A stretch of DNA of 25,373 nucleotides from Gemmatimonadaceae bacterium (GCA_035286525.1 DATHJR010000098.1:1-25373); one strand, 5' to 3'. Shown: positions 1 through 11,021, numbered from the stretch's first letter. Made by a program: numbers and translations. The notes: generated by a model from the sequence alone, not told the origin.

Positions 1-1089
1 CAGAATGTTCTTCCCCTCGAAATTGCCGGCCACGCTCACGCCCCACAGGTCGCGCAGCGCCGCCGCGCCCGCGCCGAGCTGGGCGTCGAGCTCCGATGAG
101 CCCCACACGTAGAACTTTCCCTCGTGACCCTCGCTGTCCGCGTCGAGCGATGAGTAGAATCCGCCATCGGGCGCTGCCATCTCGCGGAGCGCCCAGTCGA
201 ACGTCTCGCGCACGACACGCGCGATCTCCGTGTCGCGCGTGACCTGCCACAGGTGAACACCGAGCCGCGACAGCAGCGCGTTGTCGTACAGCATCTTCTC
301 GAAGTGGGGCACGAGCCATCGGTCGTCCACCGCGTAGCGATGGAAGCCACCACCCACCTGATCGTAGATTCCGCCGCGCGCCATCTTCACGAACGAGTCG
401 CGAACGATCGCGAGCTCCTGCGGCGCGCCGCTCCGCCTCCAGTGACGCAGCAGAAAATCCAGCGCCATCGTCTGCGGAAATTTCGGCGCGCCCTCGAAGC
501 CGCCGTTGCGCGCATCGTAGCGCATCGCGATGCCGCGCGCGGCGGCGTCGAGCTGCGCCGGCGTGAGCTCGCCCGCGCTCACCGCCGCCTGCTGCGCGCC
601 CGCGTACAGCTCGCGAACCCGCGCCGCCGTGTCGAGCACGTCACCGCGCCGCGTGCGATACGCATCCGCCACCGAGCGGAGCACGCGCACGAACGACGGC
701 ATCCCGTGGCGGTCCGAGGGCGGATAGTAGGTACCGCCGTGATACGGAACGCCCTCCGGCGTCAGGAACATCGTCATCGGCCATCCGCCCTGGCCCGTCA
801 TCGCCTGCACTGCGCTCATGTAGATCGAGTCGATGTCGGGGCGCTCCTCGCGGTCGACCTTGATGTTGACGAACAGGTCGTTCATCACCTTCGCCGTCGC
901 CGGATCCTCGAACGATTCGTGCGCCATCACGTGGCACCAGTGACACGCCGCGTAGCCGATGCTCAGCAGAATCGGCTTGTCCTCGGCCCGCGCGCGCGCG
1001 AGCGCCGCCTCGCCCCATGGCTGCCAGTCGACGGGATTGTTCGCATGCTGCAGCAGGTACGGGCTCGTTTCGCCGGCCAGACCGTTCAC
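1..1089 (-). CDS. yyaL: Thioredoxin domain-containing protein, YyaL/SPATA20 family (3' end runs off the window)
   Basis: Not in the ORF track because there is no stop in the window. Manual translation from GTG 1089 gives [45 protein letters not shown] and [24 protein letters not shown], which are family hallmark motifs. GGAG lies upstream of the start. Confidence 0.93.
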   Translation of the reverse strand, partial: MNGLAGETSPYLLQHANNPVDWQPWGEAALARARAEDKPILLSIGYAACHWCHVMAHESFEDPATAKVMNDLFVNIKVDREERPDIDSIYMSAVQAMTGQGGWPMTMFLTPEGVPYHGGTYYPPSDRHGMPSFVRVLRSVADAYRTRRGDVLDTAARVRELYAGAQQAAVSAGELTPAQLDAAARGIAMRYDARNGGFEGAPKFPQTMALDFLLRHWRRSGAPQELAIVRDSFVKMARGGIYDQVGGGFHRYAVDDRWLVPHFEKMLYDNALLSRLGVHLWQVTRDTEIARVVRETFDWALREMAAPDGGFYSSLDADSEGHEGKFYVWGSSELDAQLGAGAAALRDLWGVSVAGNFEGKNIL

Positions 1090-1125
1090 GTCGCGTATCT
1101 CCGTCGCCCGGGGTGAGAACGAAAG

Positions 1126-1131
1126 CTACAA
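1126..1131 (+). promoter_or_regulatory. Candidate -10 element (TACAAT) for the GT39 gene
   Basis: TACAAT in the divergent yyaL/GT39 gap, 20 nt before ATG 1152. No convincing -35. Confidence 0.35.
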
Positions 1132-1151
1132 TGCCCTTATCGTTCATCTCC

Positions 1152-2684
1152 ATGCGAGCGACCCGATCCGGCGAGCGAGCGCGACGCGCTGCGTACGCGG
1201 TGCTGGCGCTCGCGGTCGGAGGACGGCTCATCGCGGCCGCGTTGGTGCCGCTCGCGCCGGACGAGACCTACTACTGGGAGTGGTCGCGCCGCCTGGCGGC
1301 GGGGTATCTCGATCATCCGCCCGTCATCGCGCTGGTGATACGCCTCGGCACGATGCTGTTCGGTGCGACGCCCCTTGGCGTGCGCATCGGCAGCGTGGTC
1401 GCGGGCGCGGTCGCGTCGGTCGTGCTCGTGCGGGTGGCGGGGAAGCTGGGCGACGAGGCCGCGATGCTGCGCGCCGCGGCAATGATCGCGTGCATGCCGC
1501 TCGCCCAGATCGGGCTCTCGCTCGCGACGCCGGACGCATCGCTCCTCCTGTTCTGGTCGCTCGCACTTGCGGCGCTCGTCGCGGTGCTGCGCCCGCAGAC
1601 GTCGCCGCGCGCGCGTACGCTCGCGTGGGCGCTCACCGGGCTCGCGCTCGGGGCGGCGCTCTCGACGAAATACACCGCGCTGCTGCTCCTCGCGAGCGCC
1701 GGCATGGCTCTGATCGCACAGCCACCGCTGCGGCAGATCCTCGCGACGCGAGGACCGTACATCGCGCTCGCGATCGCGCTCCTCGTTTTCGCGCCGAATC
1801 TCGCCTGGAACGCGACGCACGAATGGACGTCGTTCGCCTATCAGCTCGCGCACGGACTCGCGGTGCACCGCGGCTCACCGCTCCGTCACGAGATGCAGCT
1901 TCTTGGCGGACAGATCGCGCTGGTCTCTCCGATCCTCCTCGCTGCCCTCGCGATTCCCGTGTACCGCGCCCTTAAGCACCGCGACGATCCCGTTCGCACC
2001 ACGCTCGCCATCATCGCGGCCGTCACGTGGCTCGCGTTCGCACTGAGCGCGCTGCGCAGCGCCGTCGAGCCGAACTGGCAGGCGCCTGCGTATCTCTCCG
2101 CGATCGTGCTCGCCGCCTCGTATGAAGGCGGCGACCGGTGGCGACGGCTCGTGCGCAATGGGTGTGTGCTCGGCGGCGTCATGACTCTGCTCATCTACGC
2201 GCATTCGATCGTTCCCTTTGTGCCCCTCGACGCCGCGCACGACCCCACGGCTGCGGGTTTCGGCTGGGACGCGCTCGCCACGCACGTCGATGCCGTGCGA
2301 CACGAGCCATACACGCGCACCACCACTCCAGCCGCGGCGTGGATCGGCGGCGAGCGCTATCAGGAAGCGTCCGAGCTCGCCTTCCACCTGCGGGATCATC
2401 CCGAAGCCGTCACGGTCGACGTGCACGGCCGCCCCAATCAGTACGACCTCTGGCCGCAGTTCTCGCAGCGCGCGCGCGCCGGCGACCGGCTCGTTCTCGT
2501 GCTCGGTCTCTACACGCTTCCCCACGATGACCAGGTGATCGCCGCGCTGAGGCCTCACTTCGACTCGGTTTCGCTGCGCGACGTCGTCGCGCTCCGGCGC
2601 GGCGCCGTGGTTCGCGCGTGGCGCCGCGTGTGGGTGCTCGATGGATGGCGCGGCAGCTGGCCGCGGACCGAGCTCGCCCGGTAG
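1152..2684 (+). CDS. Glycosyltransferase family 39 / ArnT-PMT-like multi-pass membrane protein
   Basis: PDETYYWEW and YLDHPP motifs in the first loop, many TM helices, KYT motif and a C-terminal soluble domain. Start trimmed from 1017, which overlaps yyaL; ATG 1131 is an alternative. Confidence 0.85.
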   Translation: MRATRSGERARRAAYAVLALAVGGRLIAAALVPLAPDETYYWEWSRRLAAGYLDHPPVIALVIRLGTMLFGATPLGVRIGSVVAGAVASVVLVRVAGKLGDEAAMLRAAAMIACMPLAQIGLSLATPDASLLLFWSLALAALVAVLRPQTSPRARTLAWALTGLALGAALSTKYTALLLLASAGMALIAQPPLRQILATRGPYIALAIALLVFAPNLAWNATHEWTSFAYQLAHGLAVHRGSPLRHEMQLLGGQIALVSPILLAALAIPVYRALKHRDDPVRTTLAIIAAVTWLAFALSALRSAVEPNWQAPAYLSAIVLAASYEGGDRWRRLVRNGCVLGGVMTLLIYAHSIVPFVPLDAAHDPTAAGFGWDALATHVDAVRHEPYTRTTTPAAAWIGGERYQEASELAFHLRDHPEAVTVDVHGRPNQYDLWPQFSQRARAGDRLVLVLGLYTLPHDDQVIAALRPHFDSVSLRDVVALRRGAVVRAWRRVWVLDGWRGSWPRTELAR

Positions 2685-2757
2685 CGCCGCTTGCGATGCG
2701 CGCGCGCCTGACGCGAACTTCCGGGCTGCAATCTCTCCTCCCATTCCCGGACTCTGC

Positions 2758-4152
2758 ATGCCGGCAACACTCGCCAGCGATCTCGCGCGCTACCTCGACG
2801 ACAACGACCGTCGCATCCACGACGAGCTGTTCGATTTTCTGCGCATACCGAGCGTGAGTGCGCGGTCCGAGTACGACGAGGACATGCGGCGCGCAGCGAA
2901 GTGGGTCGCCGACAATCTCCGCACCGCCGGCCTCTCGGCCGAGATCATGCCAACCGGCGGCCATCCCGTCGTCCTCGGTGAATGGCGGAAGGCGCCCGCC
3001 GGAGCCCCGACGGTGCTGGTATACGGCCACTACGACGTGCAGCCCGCCGAGCCGCTGGATCTCTGGACCACTCCGCCATTCGAGCCCACGATGCGAAACG
3101 GACGCATCTACGCTCGCGGCTCCGTAGACGACAAGGGACAGCTGTTCTCGCACATGAAGGCGCTCGAAGCCCACATGGGTGCGCGCGGAAAGCTGCCGGT
3201 CAACATCGTCATGCTCGCCGAGGGTGAGGAGGAAGTCGGAAGCGACAATCTCGAGGCGTTCGTGACCGCGCAGGCGAAGCGCCTCGCCTGCGACTACGTC
3301 GTCGTCTCCGATTCCTCGATGTTCGCGCCCGGGCTCCCGTCCATCCTGTCATCGCTCCGTGGTCTCGCCTACTTCCAGATCGATCTCGAGGGTCCCACGA
3401 GCGATCTGCATTCCGGGAGCTACGGCGGCGCGGTCGTGAATCCCGCGATGGCGCTCGCCCGCATCCTCGCCACCTTCTTCGACGAGAAGGGCCGCATCGC
3501 GATTCCGGGTTTCTACGACAGCGTGCGGGAGTGGAGCCCGAAGTTGCGCGGCGCGATCGCCGCGCTCCCGTTCGACGAATCGAATTTCCGGAAGGAGGTC
3601 GGCGCCCCCGCGTTGGGCGGCGAAGCCGGCTACTCAACCCTCGAGCGGCTCTGGTCGCGCCCCACGTGCGAGGTGAACGGGCTGCTCAGCGGCTACACGG
3701 CCGAGGGCTCGAAGACGGTGCTTCCGTCGAAGGCGATGGCCAAGGTGAGCTGTCGGCTCGTTGCGGACCAGTCGCCGGCCGAGATCGAGAAGCTCGTGCG
3801 CGAGCACATCGCCCGCGTGACGCCGCCGGGCGTGAAGGTGAAGGTGCAGATGCTCCACGGCGGACAGCCATGGAGTGCGGAGCTCGAAGGGCCGCTCTAC
3901 GACGCCGCGAAGCGCGCGCTGAATGCCGCGTTCGGGCGCGATCCCGTGATCATCGGCGAGGGAGGCTCGATCCCCGTCGTCAGCGACCTGCAGCGTGTAC
4001 TCGGCGCTCCCGTACTGCTCGTGGGATTTGGGCTCCCCGGTGAGAACGCGCACGCACCCGACGAGTGGTTTCTCGACGAGAACTTTACGAAAGGGATTCG
4101 GGCAATGGCGTCGCTGTGGGACGAGATCGCCGCTGGTGCCAGTGCGCGCTGA
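2758..4152 (+). CDS. M20/M25/M40 family metallo-dipeptidase (ArgE/DapE-like)
   Basis: YGHYDVQP, ARGSVDDKG, EGEEEVGS, DLHSG and ENAHAPDE metal-binding motifs. Start set at MPATLASD. Confidence 0.92.
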   Translation: MPATLASDLARYLDDNDRRIHDELFDFLRIPSVSARSEYDEDMRRAAKWVADNLRTAGLSAEIMPTGGHPVVLGEWRKAPAGAPTVLVYGHYDVQPAEPLDLWTTPPFEPTMRNGRIYARGSVDDKGQLFSHMKALEAHMGARGKLPVNIVMLAEGEEEVGSDNLEAFVTAQAKRLACDYVVVSDSSMFAPGLPSILSSLRGLAYFQIDLEGPTSDLHSGSYGGAVVNPAMALARILATFFDEKGRIAIPGFYDSVREWSPKLRGAIAALPFDESNFRKEVGAPALGGEAGYSTLERLWSRPTCEVNGLLSGYTAEGSKTVLPSKAMAKVSCRLVADQSPAEIEKLVREHIARVTPPGVKVKVQMLHGGQPWSAELEGPLYDAAKRALNAAFGRDPVIIGEGGSIPVVSDLQRVLGAPVLLVGFGLPGENAHAPDEWFLDENFTKGIRAMASLWDEIAAGASAR

Positions 4153-4161
4153 CCCGCGAAT

Positions 4162-7100
4162 CTAGAATTTCCACTCGCGGATGAAGAACGCCCCGAACGT
4201 CGCCTCGGTCTTCACCGGCACATCGGAGGAGAGCGTCGGCTGGTTGACGAGATAGCGCGAGTCGATGCTGGCCTCGATGCGATAGCCTTTCGAGAGCCGG
4301 CGCTGTACGACGAAACCCGGCGTCGTCTGCGCGCGGATCTGCGTCGCAATGTACGTCTGGCGGTCGACGTATTTTCCTGCCTCGATCTGGGTACCCGCGA
4401 GCACGGTTTGCACGCCACTGAGCGAGAGCCCCTGCTCGGGCACATCCGCCGGCGTGATCGTGAAGACGTCCGCGCCAAGCGACCGCGCCGCCGTGGCCGC
4501 GAACTGTCGTGTCATGACCCCGAGCGCCGTCGCCGTGAGCTGTCGCGTCGCCAGCGCTGCCGCGCTGCCGACCAGGGTGCCGTTCCCCGATCCGCCTCCC
4601 GACACACCCGAGTTTCCGGAGGAGCTCAGCAGCGACGTGGACGACTGCCCGAACGCGAGATAGCTCAGCAAATCCGATTGTGACAGCGGCGGCTGCGCGT
4701 CGCTCGTCAGCAGAATGACGGGCCTTCGCGCAGTTCCGTTGATCGCGATGTTGATGTTGAGCGCCGGACGGCCGGCGGGCTGGATCGTGTACTGCGCACC
4801 GAGCTGCAACAACGGATTCAAGTCCTGTCCGCCGGTGAAGATGGCCGACCCGTGCGAGAGCACGAACCGCCGCCCGAGAAACGCGTACTCGCCGCGCTCG
4901 GTGTTCACCACGCCATCGAGTGACACTCCCTCATCTTCCTTGTTCTTCAGGATGGTGAGCGGCCCCTGCGTGTAAAACTCGATGTTCGCATCGGGCGAGC
5001 GCGCCCACGTGTCGCGTGCGACGCTGAGCTTCACGTCGATCGTCATGTTTTCGAGAAGCGGCGATTCCGTGTTGACGATCTTCTGCATCCGCACATCGGA
5101 TGTGTCCACGACGCTGAGCACCGCCGGATCATCGACGTCCACCTGGCGGGGACCATTGCCGTTCGGGATGTAGACGGTGCCGTGCACGATGCGCGCTCTG
5201 CCCGAGACTGAGACGCCATCAAACGGCCCCTTCATCGCGACGGTAGCGTTGGCGTGAAGTTCGCCAATGTCGTTGTCGAGAACCGTCGCATCCGTTGCGG
5301 AGAACTTGATGTCGAAGGTCGGATTCTTCGCGTCCGCGATGCCGATCTTCCCGCTCATGTTGAGCACGCCCTCGCCGGACTTCCCGCCGATCGTGTCGAT
5401 GACGATCTCGTTGCCGGTCATGTGCACCAACCCGCCGATGTCCTTCATGGTCACACCGAGCGGCTCGAGCTTGAAGGTCGCGAAGTCGACGCCGAGTTGT
5501 CCGAGCACCAGCGGTTTCGTTCCGGTGCCGCGTGCCGCGACCGCACCCACGATGCGCCCATGCACGTTGGACACGATGTCGGTGAAGCGCGGCAGCGCAT
5601 CGAGCGGCAGCGAGTCGGCGACAAAGTCGGCCTTGAGCGGGCCATCGAGCACGCGCGAGCCCGTCACTCCCTCGAGCGCCAGATTGACCGGGGCATCCAC
5701 ATCGAGTCGCGCGAGCGACGGTCCACCGTTGCGTATCAGTTCGGCATGGGACACCAGCTTCTCATCCGCGTACTGGAAGCCAGTGCGCAGGTCGGGAAGC
5801 GGCGCGCTCCGGTACGATGCGCCCATCACGCTGAAGGCGCCGCGGATCGCGGGTGCCCGGCGCGTTCCCGCGATGCTGGCCTTGAAGTCGATGAGGCCAG
5901 TGGCGGCGAGGTCGCTCTCTGCGAGTCCCACGAGACTCGCCACCTCCAGCCCGCTGAGATCGACCACCATCTTCATCGGACCCTCCGCCGGGAGATCTCC
6001 GTTCGCGTAGATGCGCCCGTTCGTGCGGTTGCGCAGGTCGAGATCGTGCACGCGTATGCCGTGCTTGCCCCACTGCACGAGTCCGGGCACCGCCGCAACC
6101 CACAGCGCGCTGTCGAGCTGTAGCGACAACGAACGCCACATTACCTGGCTGCTGTCGAGACTCAGCAGGATGTCGGCGCCGGCACGATACACGTAGCCGG
6201 AATCCTGGTACACCGCGAGCTCGATCGTGCCCGAGGGCTCCGCGTACGTCGCCTGAATGGTCGCCGAATCGAGCGCGAAGCCGCTTGCCGACAGCGAATC
6301 CATCGAGCCGCCGACGATGTACTTCATGTGTGGCGTGCCGCCGTTGATCACCGCGTACTCGACCATTGCGCGATGCAGGCCGCTGCCGCGCGCGATGATG
6401 TTCTCCGCCCCCAACCTTCCGCGCACGTTGAAGTCGCTCATGGTGCCGCGGATGATCCCGGCCGTGCGGAGCGCACCGTCCACGGAGTCGCGGTGCAGCG
6501 CCCGCAGCGAGTCGAGCTTGATCTGCGGCTGTGCGCGTCCCGTCGCCTTGTACGCGACTTCGTTGCGATTCGCCTGGCGCGCCGAGTCGGCCTTCGCACG
6601 CGCGATCGCCGCGGCGATGATGGCGGGTCGCTGGCGCACGACGCCGCTGTCCGGACTCGCGAGCCAGCGCCGCAGGGCGGCCAGCGTGTCCACCACCACG
6701 GTGTAGCGCAGTTCGCCCGTTCGTCCCGGTGCCGTCCCCAGCTTGCCGTCCACGAACAACTGCGCGAACGGCGTGTGCACCGTGACCGAATCCATCGTCA
6801 CGATGCCGTCCGCAACAGCAACGCGGATGTTCGCCGAGTCCACGGCGAGGCTGTCGACGGCGGAGTGCAGCACGTTCGCCGCGAGCGACGCCCGCATCGT
6901 CTTGGGGTCGAAGCCGCGGCCCTTCACGGCCAGTGCCGCCGTCAGCGATGTCACCGGCCCGCGCGACACGACGCTGCGCAGATTGAACAGCCGCAGATGC
7001 GTCTCGAGATCGTAGCCCTTCTCGGCGCTGGCGAGATCGAGCCGGCCGTTGGTCTCCAGCTCGCCGCCATCGGGAAGGCGGAGGTCGGCCGCGAGATCGA

Positions 7101-8742
7101 GCGCGCGCATCGAGCCGCCGAGGTGCGCGGTGCCGCTCGCGACGCCGCGCAGCCCGAGGGCGGGCGCGAACTTTCCGGCCGTGATGAGCGAGATCGGATC
7201 GAAGCGCATGTCGGCCGTGACGCCGTCCTTTCCGCCATTCACCGCTTCGCCGTTGGCCACCATCCGTGTCAGCTCGTGTCCCTCGTGGTGCTCGAGGTCC
7301 GCCTTCGCGGTCATTCGGCCTGCGAGCGCGCCGTCGAGCGCCACCGTACCCGTGAGCACGCCGCCAACGGGCAGCGTGGGATCGTAAATGCGCGCGAGCT
7401 CCATTTGGAGCGGCGTGATCGTGACGCGAAGGTTCTTCGCGGTGAAGCCACGGCGTCCCGAGCCAGCGACCCCCACCACGAGCACGCGGCTCGTCCCTGA
7501 GCGCCGTTCGGCGAAGGCGACATCCGCGTCGATGTTCATCGCGGCGGTCGTTCCCGCGAGCGTTGCGCGACCGGTGACGGTGCCGCGACGCGGGATCTTC
7601 ACCGTGGGCACGAGCTGCTCGATCGTGCGCGTATCGATCGACTTGAAGGCGAGCCGCGTGTCGTGCAGGCGGAGCTCGTCGGACCGCTGGCCAACGCCGA
7701 GCCCGAGCTGGCCGCGCATCGTCCCGCCGTCAACGGCGAGATCGACGTTGCGCGCAACGTAATCGCTCTCGCCCGTGTGCCGCATCGCCGCCGTGAGATC
7801 CACGGATCCGCTGCCGTTCGCGGGCATCCGCGGATACGCGAAGCGAAGATCGGTGAGCGCGAGCGGGGCCGCGCGCAGGTTCGCGTCCAGATCGCCAGAC
7901 GTCATCATGTACCGGCCGTCGCCGTGCAGCTGGGTGTACGGGAGCGAAACCGTGAGGCCGTGAAACCAGAGCGAGTCCGTTGCCAGGTAGATCGTGCCGT
8001 GCGCATTTCGCACGTCGGCGGCCGGCGGATTGAAGATCGATGCGCGCGTCGCGAGCGAGCCCACCTGAAACACGCGCGTGGTGCTGTCCGGATCGGAGAA
8101 GCGTACGTGCGGAAGTGCGGCCTGGAGGCTGTCGAACACCATCACGCTCTGATAGCCACCGGGCACCGCGATCACGTTCTGCCGCGCGTTGCCCGCGACC
8201 GCCAGGCGCACGAGGCTGTCGCGCCCCGCCTTCGTCAGCGAGTCTCCCGGCGTCCACGGCGTCCGCACGACAACGCGCCCGTCCGTCACGCGCACGTTGC
8301 GCATCGTGACCCAGGAGCCGAAGCCTCGCGTCGTGTCCTTTGCGCCCGGCGGGGGAGCAAAGAGCGTCGTGAAATTCCACTCGCCCCCCGGCTTTCTGTC
8401 GATCACCACCGACGGCCTCGTGATGCCGAGCGCATCGATGACGATGTGCTTCGACAGAAAATTCACGAGTGAGAACCGCGCCTGCACGAGCGGCGACGCG
8501 AAGAACGGCGCGCCCGCGCTGTCGGTGATGGAGACGTCCCGGAGCGTGATTCCGTGCAGGAGATTCCCGTCCACGCGACCGATGCGCGACACGCCGTGGA
8601 CGCTCTTGTTCATCGCGCTCACCGCGATCAGTCGCACGCGCTCGCGACCGATGTCAGTGTTCGTGAGTCCCATGATCGCACCGGCTGCGAGCAGCACGAC
8701 GGCCGCGATCGTGATTCCGCCGATCTTCAGGATCTTCCACAT
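4162..8742 (-). CDS. tamB: Translocation/assembly module TamB (AsmA-like, DUF490 C-terminus)
   Basis: 1526 aa with an N-terminal membrane anchor, long beta-rich repeats and a DUF490-like C-terminus (GEYAFLGRRF...GKYV) ending in an aromatic (REWKF). Start overlaps the upstream Omp85 stop (TGATG). Confidence 0.85.
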   Translation of the reverse strand: MWKILKIGGITIAAVVLLAAGAIMGLTNTDIGRERVRLIAVSAMNKSVHGVSRIGRVDGNLLHGITLRDVSITDSAGAPFFASPLVQARFSLVNFLSKHIVIDALGITRPSVVIDRKPGGEWNFTTLFAPPPGAKDTTRGFGSWVTMRNVRVTDGRVVVRTPWTPGDSLTKAGRDSLVRLAVAGNARQNVIAVPGGYQSVMVFDSLQAALPHVRFSDPDSTTRVFQVGSLATRASIFNPPAADVRNAHGTIYLATDSLWFHGLTVSLPYTQLHGDGRYMMTSGDLDANLRAAPLALTDLRFAYPRMPANGSGSVDLTAAMRHTGESDYVARNVDLAVDGGTMRGQLGLGVGQRSDELRLHDTRLAFKSIDTRTIEQLVPTVKIPRRGTVTGRATLAGTTAAMNIDADVAFAERRSGTSRVLVVGVAGSGRRGFTAKNLRVTITPLQMELARIYDPTLPVGGVLTGTVALDGALAGRMTAKADLEHHEGHELTRMVANGEAVNGGKDGVTADMRFDPISLITAGKFAPALGLRGVASGTAHLGGSMRALDLAADLRLPDGGELETNGRLDLASAEKGYDLETHLRLFNLRSVVSRGPVTSLTAALAVKGRGFDPKTMRASLAANVLHSAVDSLAVDSANIRVAVADGIVTMDSVTVHTPFAQLFVDGKLGTAPGRTGELRYTVVVDTLAALRRWLASPDSGVVRQRPAIIAAAIARAKADSARQANRNEVAYKATGRAQPQIKLDSLRALHRDSVDGALRTAGIIRGTMSDFNVRGRLGAENIIARGSGLHRAMVEYAVINGGTPHMKYIVGGSMDSLSASGFALDSATIQATYAEPSGTIELAVYQDSGYVYRAGADILLSLDSSQVMWRSLSLQLDSALWVAAVPGLVQWGKHGIRVHDLDLRNRTNGRIYANGDLPAEGPMKMVVDLSGLEVASLVGLAESDLAATGLIDFKASIAGTRRAPAIRGAFSVMGASYRSAPLPDLRTGFQYADEKLVSHAELIRNGGPSLARLDVDAPVNLALEGVTGSRVLDGPLKADFVADSLPLDALPRFTDIVSNVHGRIVGAVAARGTGTKPLVLGQLGVDFATFKLEPLGVTMKDIGGLVHMTGNEIVIDTIGGKSGEGVLNMSGKIGIADAKNPTFDIKFSATDATVLDNDIGELHANATVAMKGPFDGVSVSGRARIVHGTVYIPNGNGPRQVDVDDPAVLSVVDTSDVRMQKIVNTESPLLENMTIDVKLSVARDTWARSPDANIEFYTQGPLTILKNKEDEGVSLDGVVNTERGEYAFLGRRFVLSHGSAIFTGGQDLNPLLQLGAQYTIQPAGRPALNINIAINGTARRPVILLTSDAQPPLSQSDLLSYLAFGQSSTSLLSSSGNSGVSGGGSGNGTLVGSAAALATRQLTATALGVMTRQFAATAARSLGADVFTITPADVPEQGLSLSGVQTVLAGTQIEAGKYVDRQTYIATQIRAQTTPGFVVQRRLSKGYRIEASIDSRYLVNQPTLSSDVPVKTEATFGAFFIREWKF

Positions 8743-10997
8743 CAGAAGGCCTGCCCGATCGAGAGATGGAGCGCGAAGTGATTCAGCAGCTTGGAGAGTC
8801 CGCTGCCGTCCTCCACAGGATTGTAGTCTCGCTGCGAGTGGAGTTCCACCAGACGATGCGATCCGTCCGCTCCGGTCACCTCCGTTATCACCGTGAGCTG
8901 GTCCGTTACTGACGGTCTGAACCCCAGATCCACGCGAATCGGCCCGACCGGCGAAAGATATCGAACGCCGAACCCCGGCGTCACGGCCGCCTTTCCCGTG
9001 GTGAAAGCCGATGAGCCGGACCCCACGAATCCGGCATCGAGGAAGACCGCGCCCTGCAGGCTCTTCATGAGAAACGGAAATCGATATTCGACGCTTCCCT
9101 CGATCAGTGACGTGCCGCCCGTGGGGAGTGACGTAAAGTCGCTCGAGTGAACCTGTGATGAATCGGTATGACCGTTCGGATCACACGACCCATCGGCAAT
9201 CGAGGCGTTCGTGCAGCCCGCGTCCCGAATGAGCCTCGCCGGATCGATCGTGAGAATGCGCGGCCCGAGCTGATTCTCGCCGTAGCCCCGCACCGAGTTC
9301 GCGCCGCCCGCGTAGAAGCGTTTGCGCGGATGCAGGATGTCGTCGAGGCCCAAGCCGCTCGTGGTGCTGCTGGACGACGTCGCCCGCACCCACCCGGCGC
9401 GCAAGTGTCCGGCAAGCACGGCCTTGCCGACCTGCCGGTACATCGCCGCTTCTCCGGACGCTCGATTGTAGCGGAAGTCCGAGAGCGTGAGCCTCGAGGC
9501 GTGCTCGTAATCCGCCCGCGCCGTATAGCCCTCGGTCGGGTTGAACTGGTCGTCCGTGCGCTCCATGTAGTAGTCGAGCGAGACGGGCGACAGGGTATTG
9601 CGGTTGCGAAGGAGGCCGATCGTGTTCTGCTCGCATACGCCGTAGTTCACGCAGAAGTACACATCGCCCGCCTGGACCTGCGTGAGCTCATAGCGATACA
9701 CGAGACTGAGCGGCGTCCGCGGCGCAAGAGCGCGTGTGAACGAGATGCTCGCGCCGTAACCCTTGTCGACAAAGATTCCGGGCGCGCTGCTGCGATGCGA
9801 GAATACGCCCAGGCCGACCGTGTTGCGCGGATCGCCGAACCATCGCTCCGTGAGGTCGATGCTCGCCTGGTACGTGGGCTTCAGATACGTGCGCGAAGAG
9901 TCGCCGGGAAGCCCGTTGTCGGCGAGCACGTCCCGGAATATCCCCGTGCCATTGAGCGCCGGCGCGAGCAGATTCGAGACGACGAGATGCATGTCGAGGC
10001 GCCGCGCATTCCCGAGGAAGCTGTAATTCGTGAACGTTCCCTCGGTTTGTATGAAGTCGATCGTGTTGAAGCCCGCGCTCAGCTTCACGGCGTGCAACCG
10101 CGACTCGTTGACGTTGATGTCGATGAGCTTGGCGCTGTCTCCTCGCGGCGGAAGCACGATCGTCGCACGGCGAAACAGATTCGAGTTGTAGAGCGCCCGC
10201 TGGCTCTCGATGACGTCGTCGCGCTTGTAGATGTTCCCCGGCTTGAGGGTGATCATCTTCTGGACGATGTCGGGCGAAAGAATCGAGTCGCCGTGCACGG
10301 TCACCGATTCCACCGTCGCCACCCACCGCGGATTCACCCGGATCGTCACCTCGGCGGTCCGCGCGCTGTCCTGCACCTGGATCGTATCCACGATCAGCGC
10401 ATCGGCGTATCCCTTGTCCCACAGCGCATCGCGCAGCCGTACGTGGGTGGTGTCGAGATCGACCAGGCTGAGCGGCTTGCCGGAATCCAGCAGCACCGCA
10501 TGCGACAGCGTCGATTTCGACAACAGCGATTCGGGGTTCTGCACCGCGAGCGACCGCACGATGATGGGCTTTCCCTCCGTCACCTTGAACGTCACGCGCA
10601 CGCGATTGGTGTGACTTTTCGCGCGTGTGACGGCGGTGTCGACCTCGGTCTCGCGATAGCCGCGCTTGTAGTAGTACACCTTGATGCGCACGACATCACG
10701 CGCGAGCTCCACGTGGTCGAGCGTGCGCGTGTCGTACACGAGATGCGATTGCGTGAGGAGGCAGAACGGTGCGAGGAGCACGCTCTTGCACTTCGATGCC
10801 CTCGTCGCGAGCCCGACCGCCAGGTCGGCCTCGTCGATCGCCTTCGTCACCCCGACGAAGGTGATCTGCTCCACGACGGGGTGCGTTCGCTCGTCCGGGG
10901 GCGTGGACTGTGCGCGGACGTCCCGCGCACACAACAGCGCGGGAATGGCGAACACGAGACGAAAGTGCGCGCGCCAGGCGGTTACGGAACGGCCCAT
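8742..10997 (-). CDS. tamA: BamA/TamA (Omp85) family outer-membrane protein
   Basis: Signal peptide, POTRA-like repeats, the barrel motifs RFYAGGANSVRGY and GFGVRYLSPVGPIRVDLG, and a terminal F beta-signal (SIGQAF). Coupled to tamB; the tamA assignment rests on that linkage. Confidence 0.85.
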   Translation of the reverse strand: MGRSVTAWRAHFRLVFAIPALLCARDVRAQSTPPDERTHPVVEQITFVGVTKAIDEADLAVGLATRASKCKSVLLAPFCLLTQSHLVYDTRTLDHVELARDVVRIKVYYYKRGYRETEVDTAVTRAKSHTNRVRVTFKVTEGKPIIVRSLAVQNPESLLSKSTLSHAVLLDSGKPLSLVDLDTTHVRLRDALWDKGYADALIVDTIQVQDSARTAEVTIRVNPRWVATVESVTVHGDSILSPDIVQKMITLKPGNIYKRDDVIESQRALYNSNLFRRATIVLPPRGDSAKLIDINVNESRLHAVKLSAGFNTIDFIQTEGTFTNYSFLGNARRLDMHLVVSNLLAPALNGTGIFRDVLADNGLPGDSSRTYLKPTYQASIDLTERWFGDPRNTVGLGVFSHRSSAPGIFVDKGYGASISFTRALAPRTPLSLVYRYELTQVQAGDVYFCVNYGVCEQNTIGLLRNRNTLSPVSLDYYMERTDDQFNPTEGYTARADYEHASRLTLSDFRYNRASGEAAMYRQVGKAVLAGHLRAGWVRATSSSSTTSGLGLDDILHPRKRFYAGGANSVRGYGENQLGPRILTIDPARLIRDAGCTNASIADGSCDPNGHTDSSQVHSSDFTSLPTGGTSLIEGSVEYRFPFLMKSLQGAVFLDAGFVGSGSSAFTTGKAAVTPGFGVRYLSPVGPIRVDLGFRPSVTDQLTVITEVTGADGSHRLVELHSQRDYNPVEDGSGLSKLLNHFALHLSIGQAF

Positions 10998-11021
10998 AGG
11001 GGCCCTCTAATGCAATCGGCA

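Noticed and set aside
253-1116. 287-aa + strand ORF and other ORFs over 1-1231
   Set aside because: Antisense or off-frame shadows of the clearly recognisable yyaL gene; Arg/His-rich composition typical of GC-rich shadow frames.
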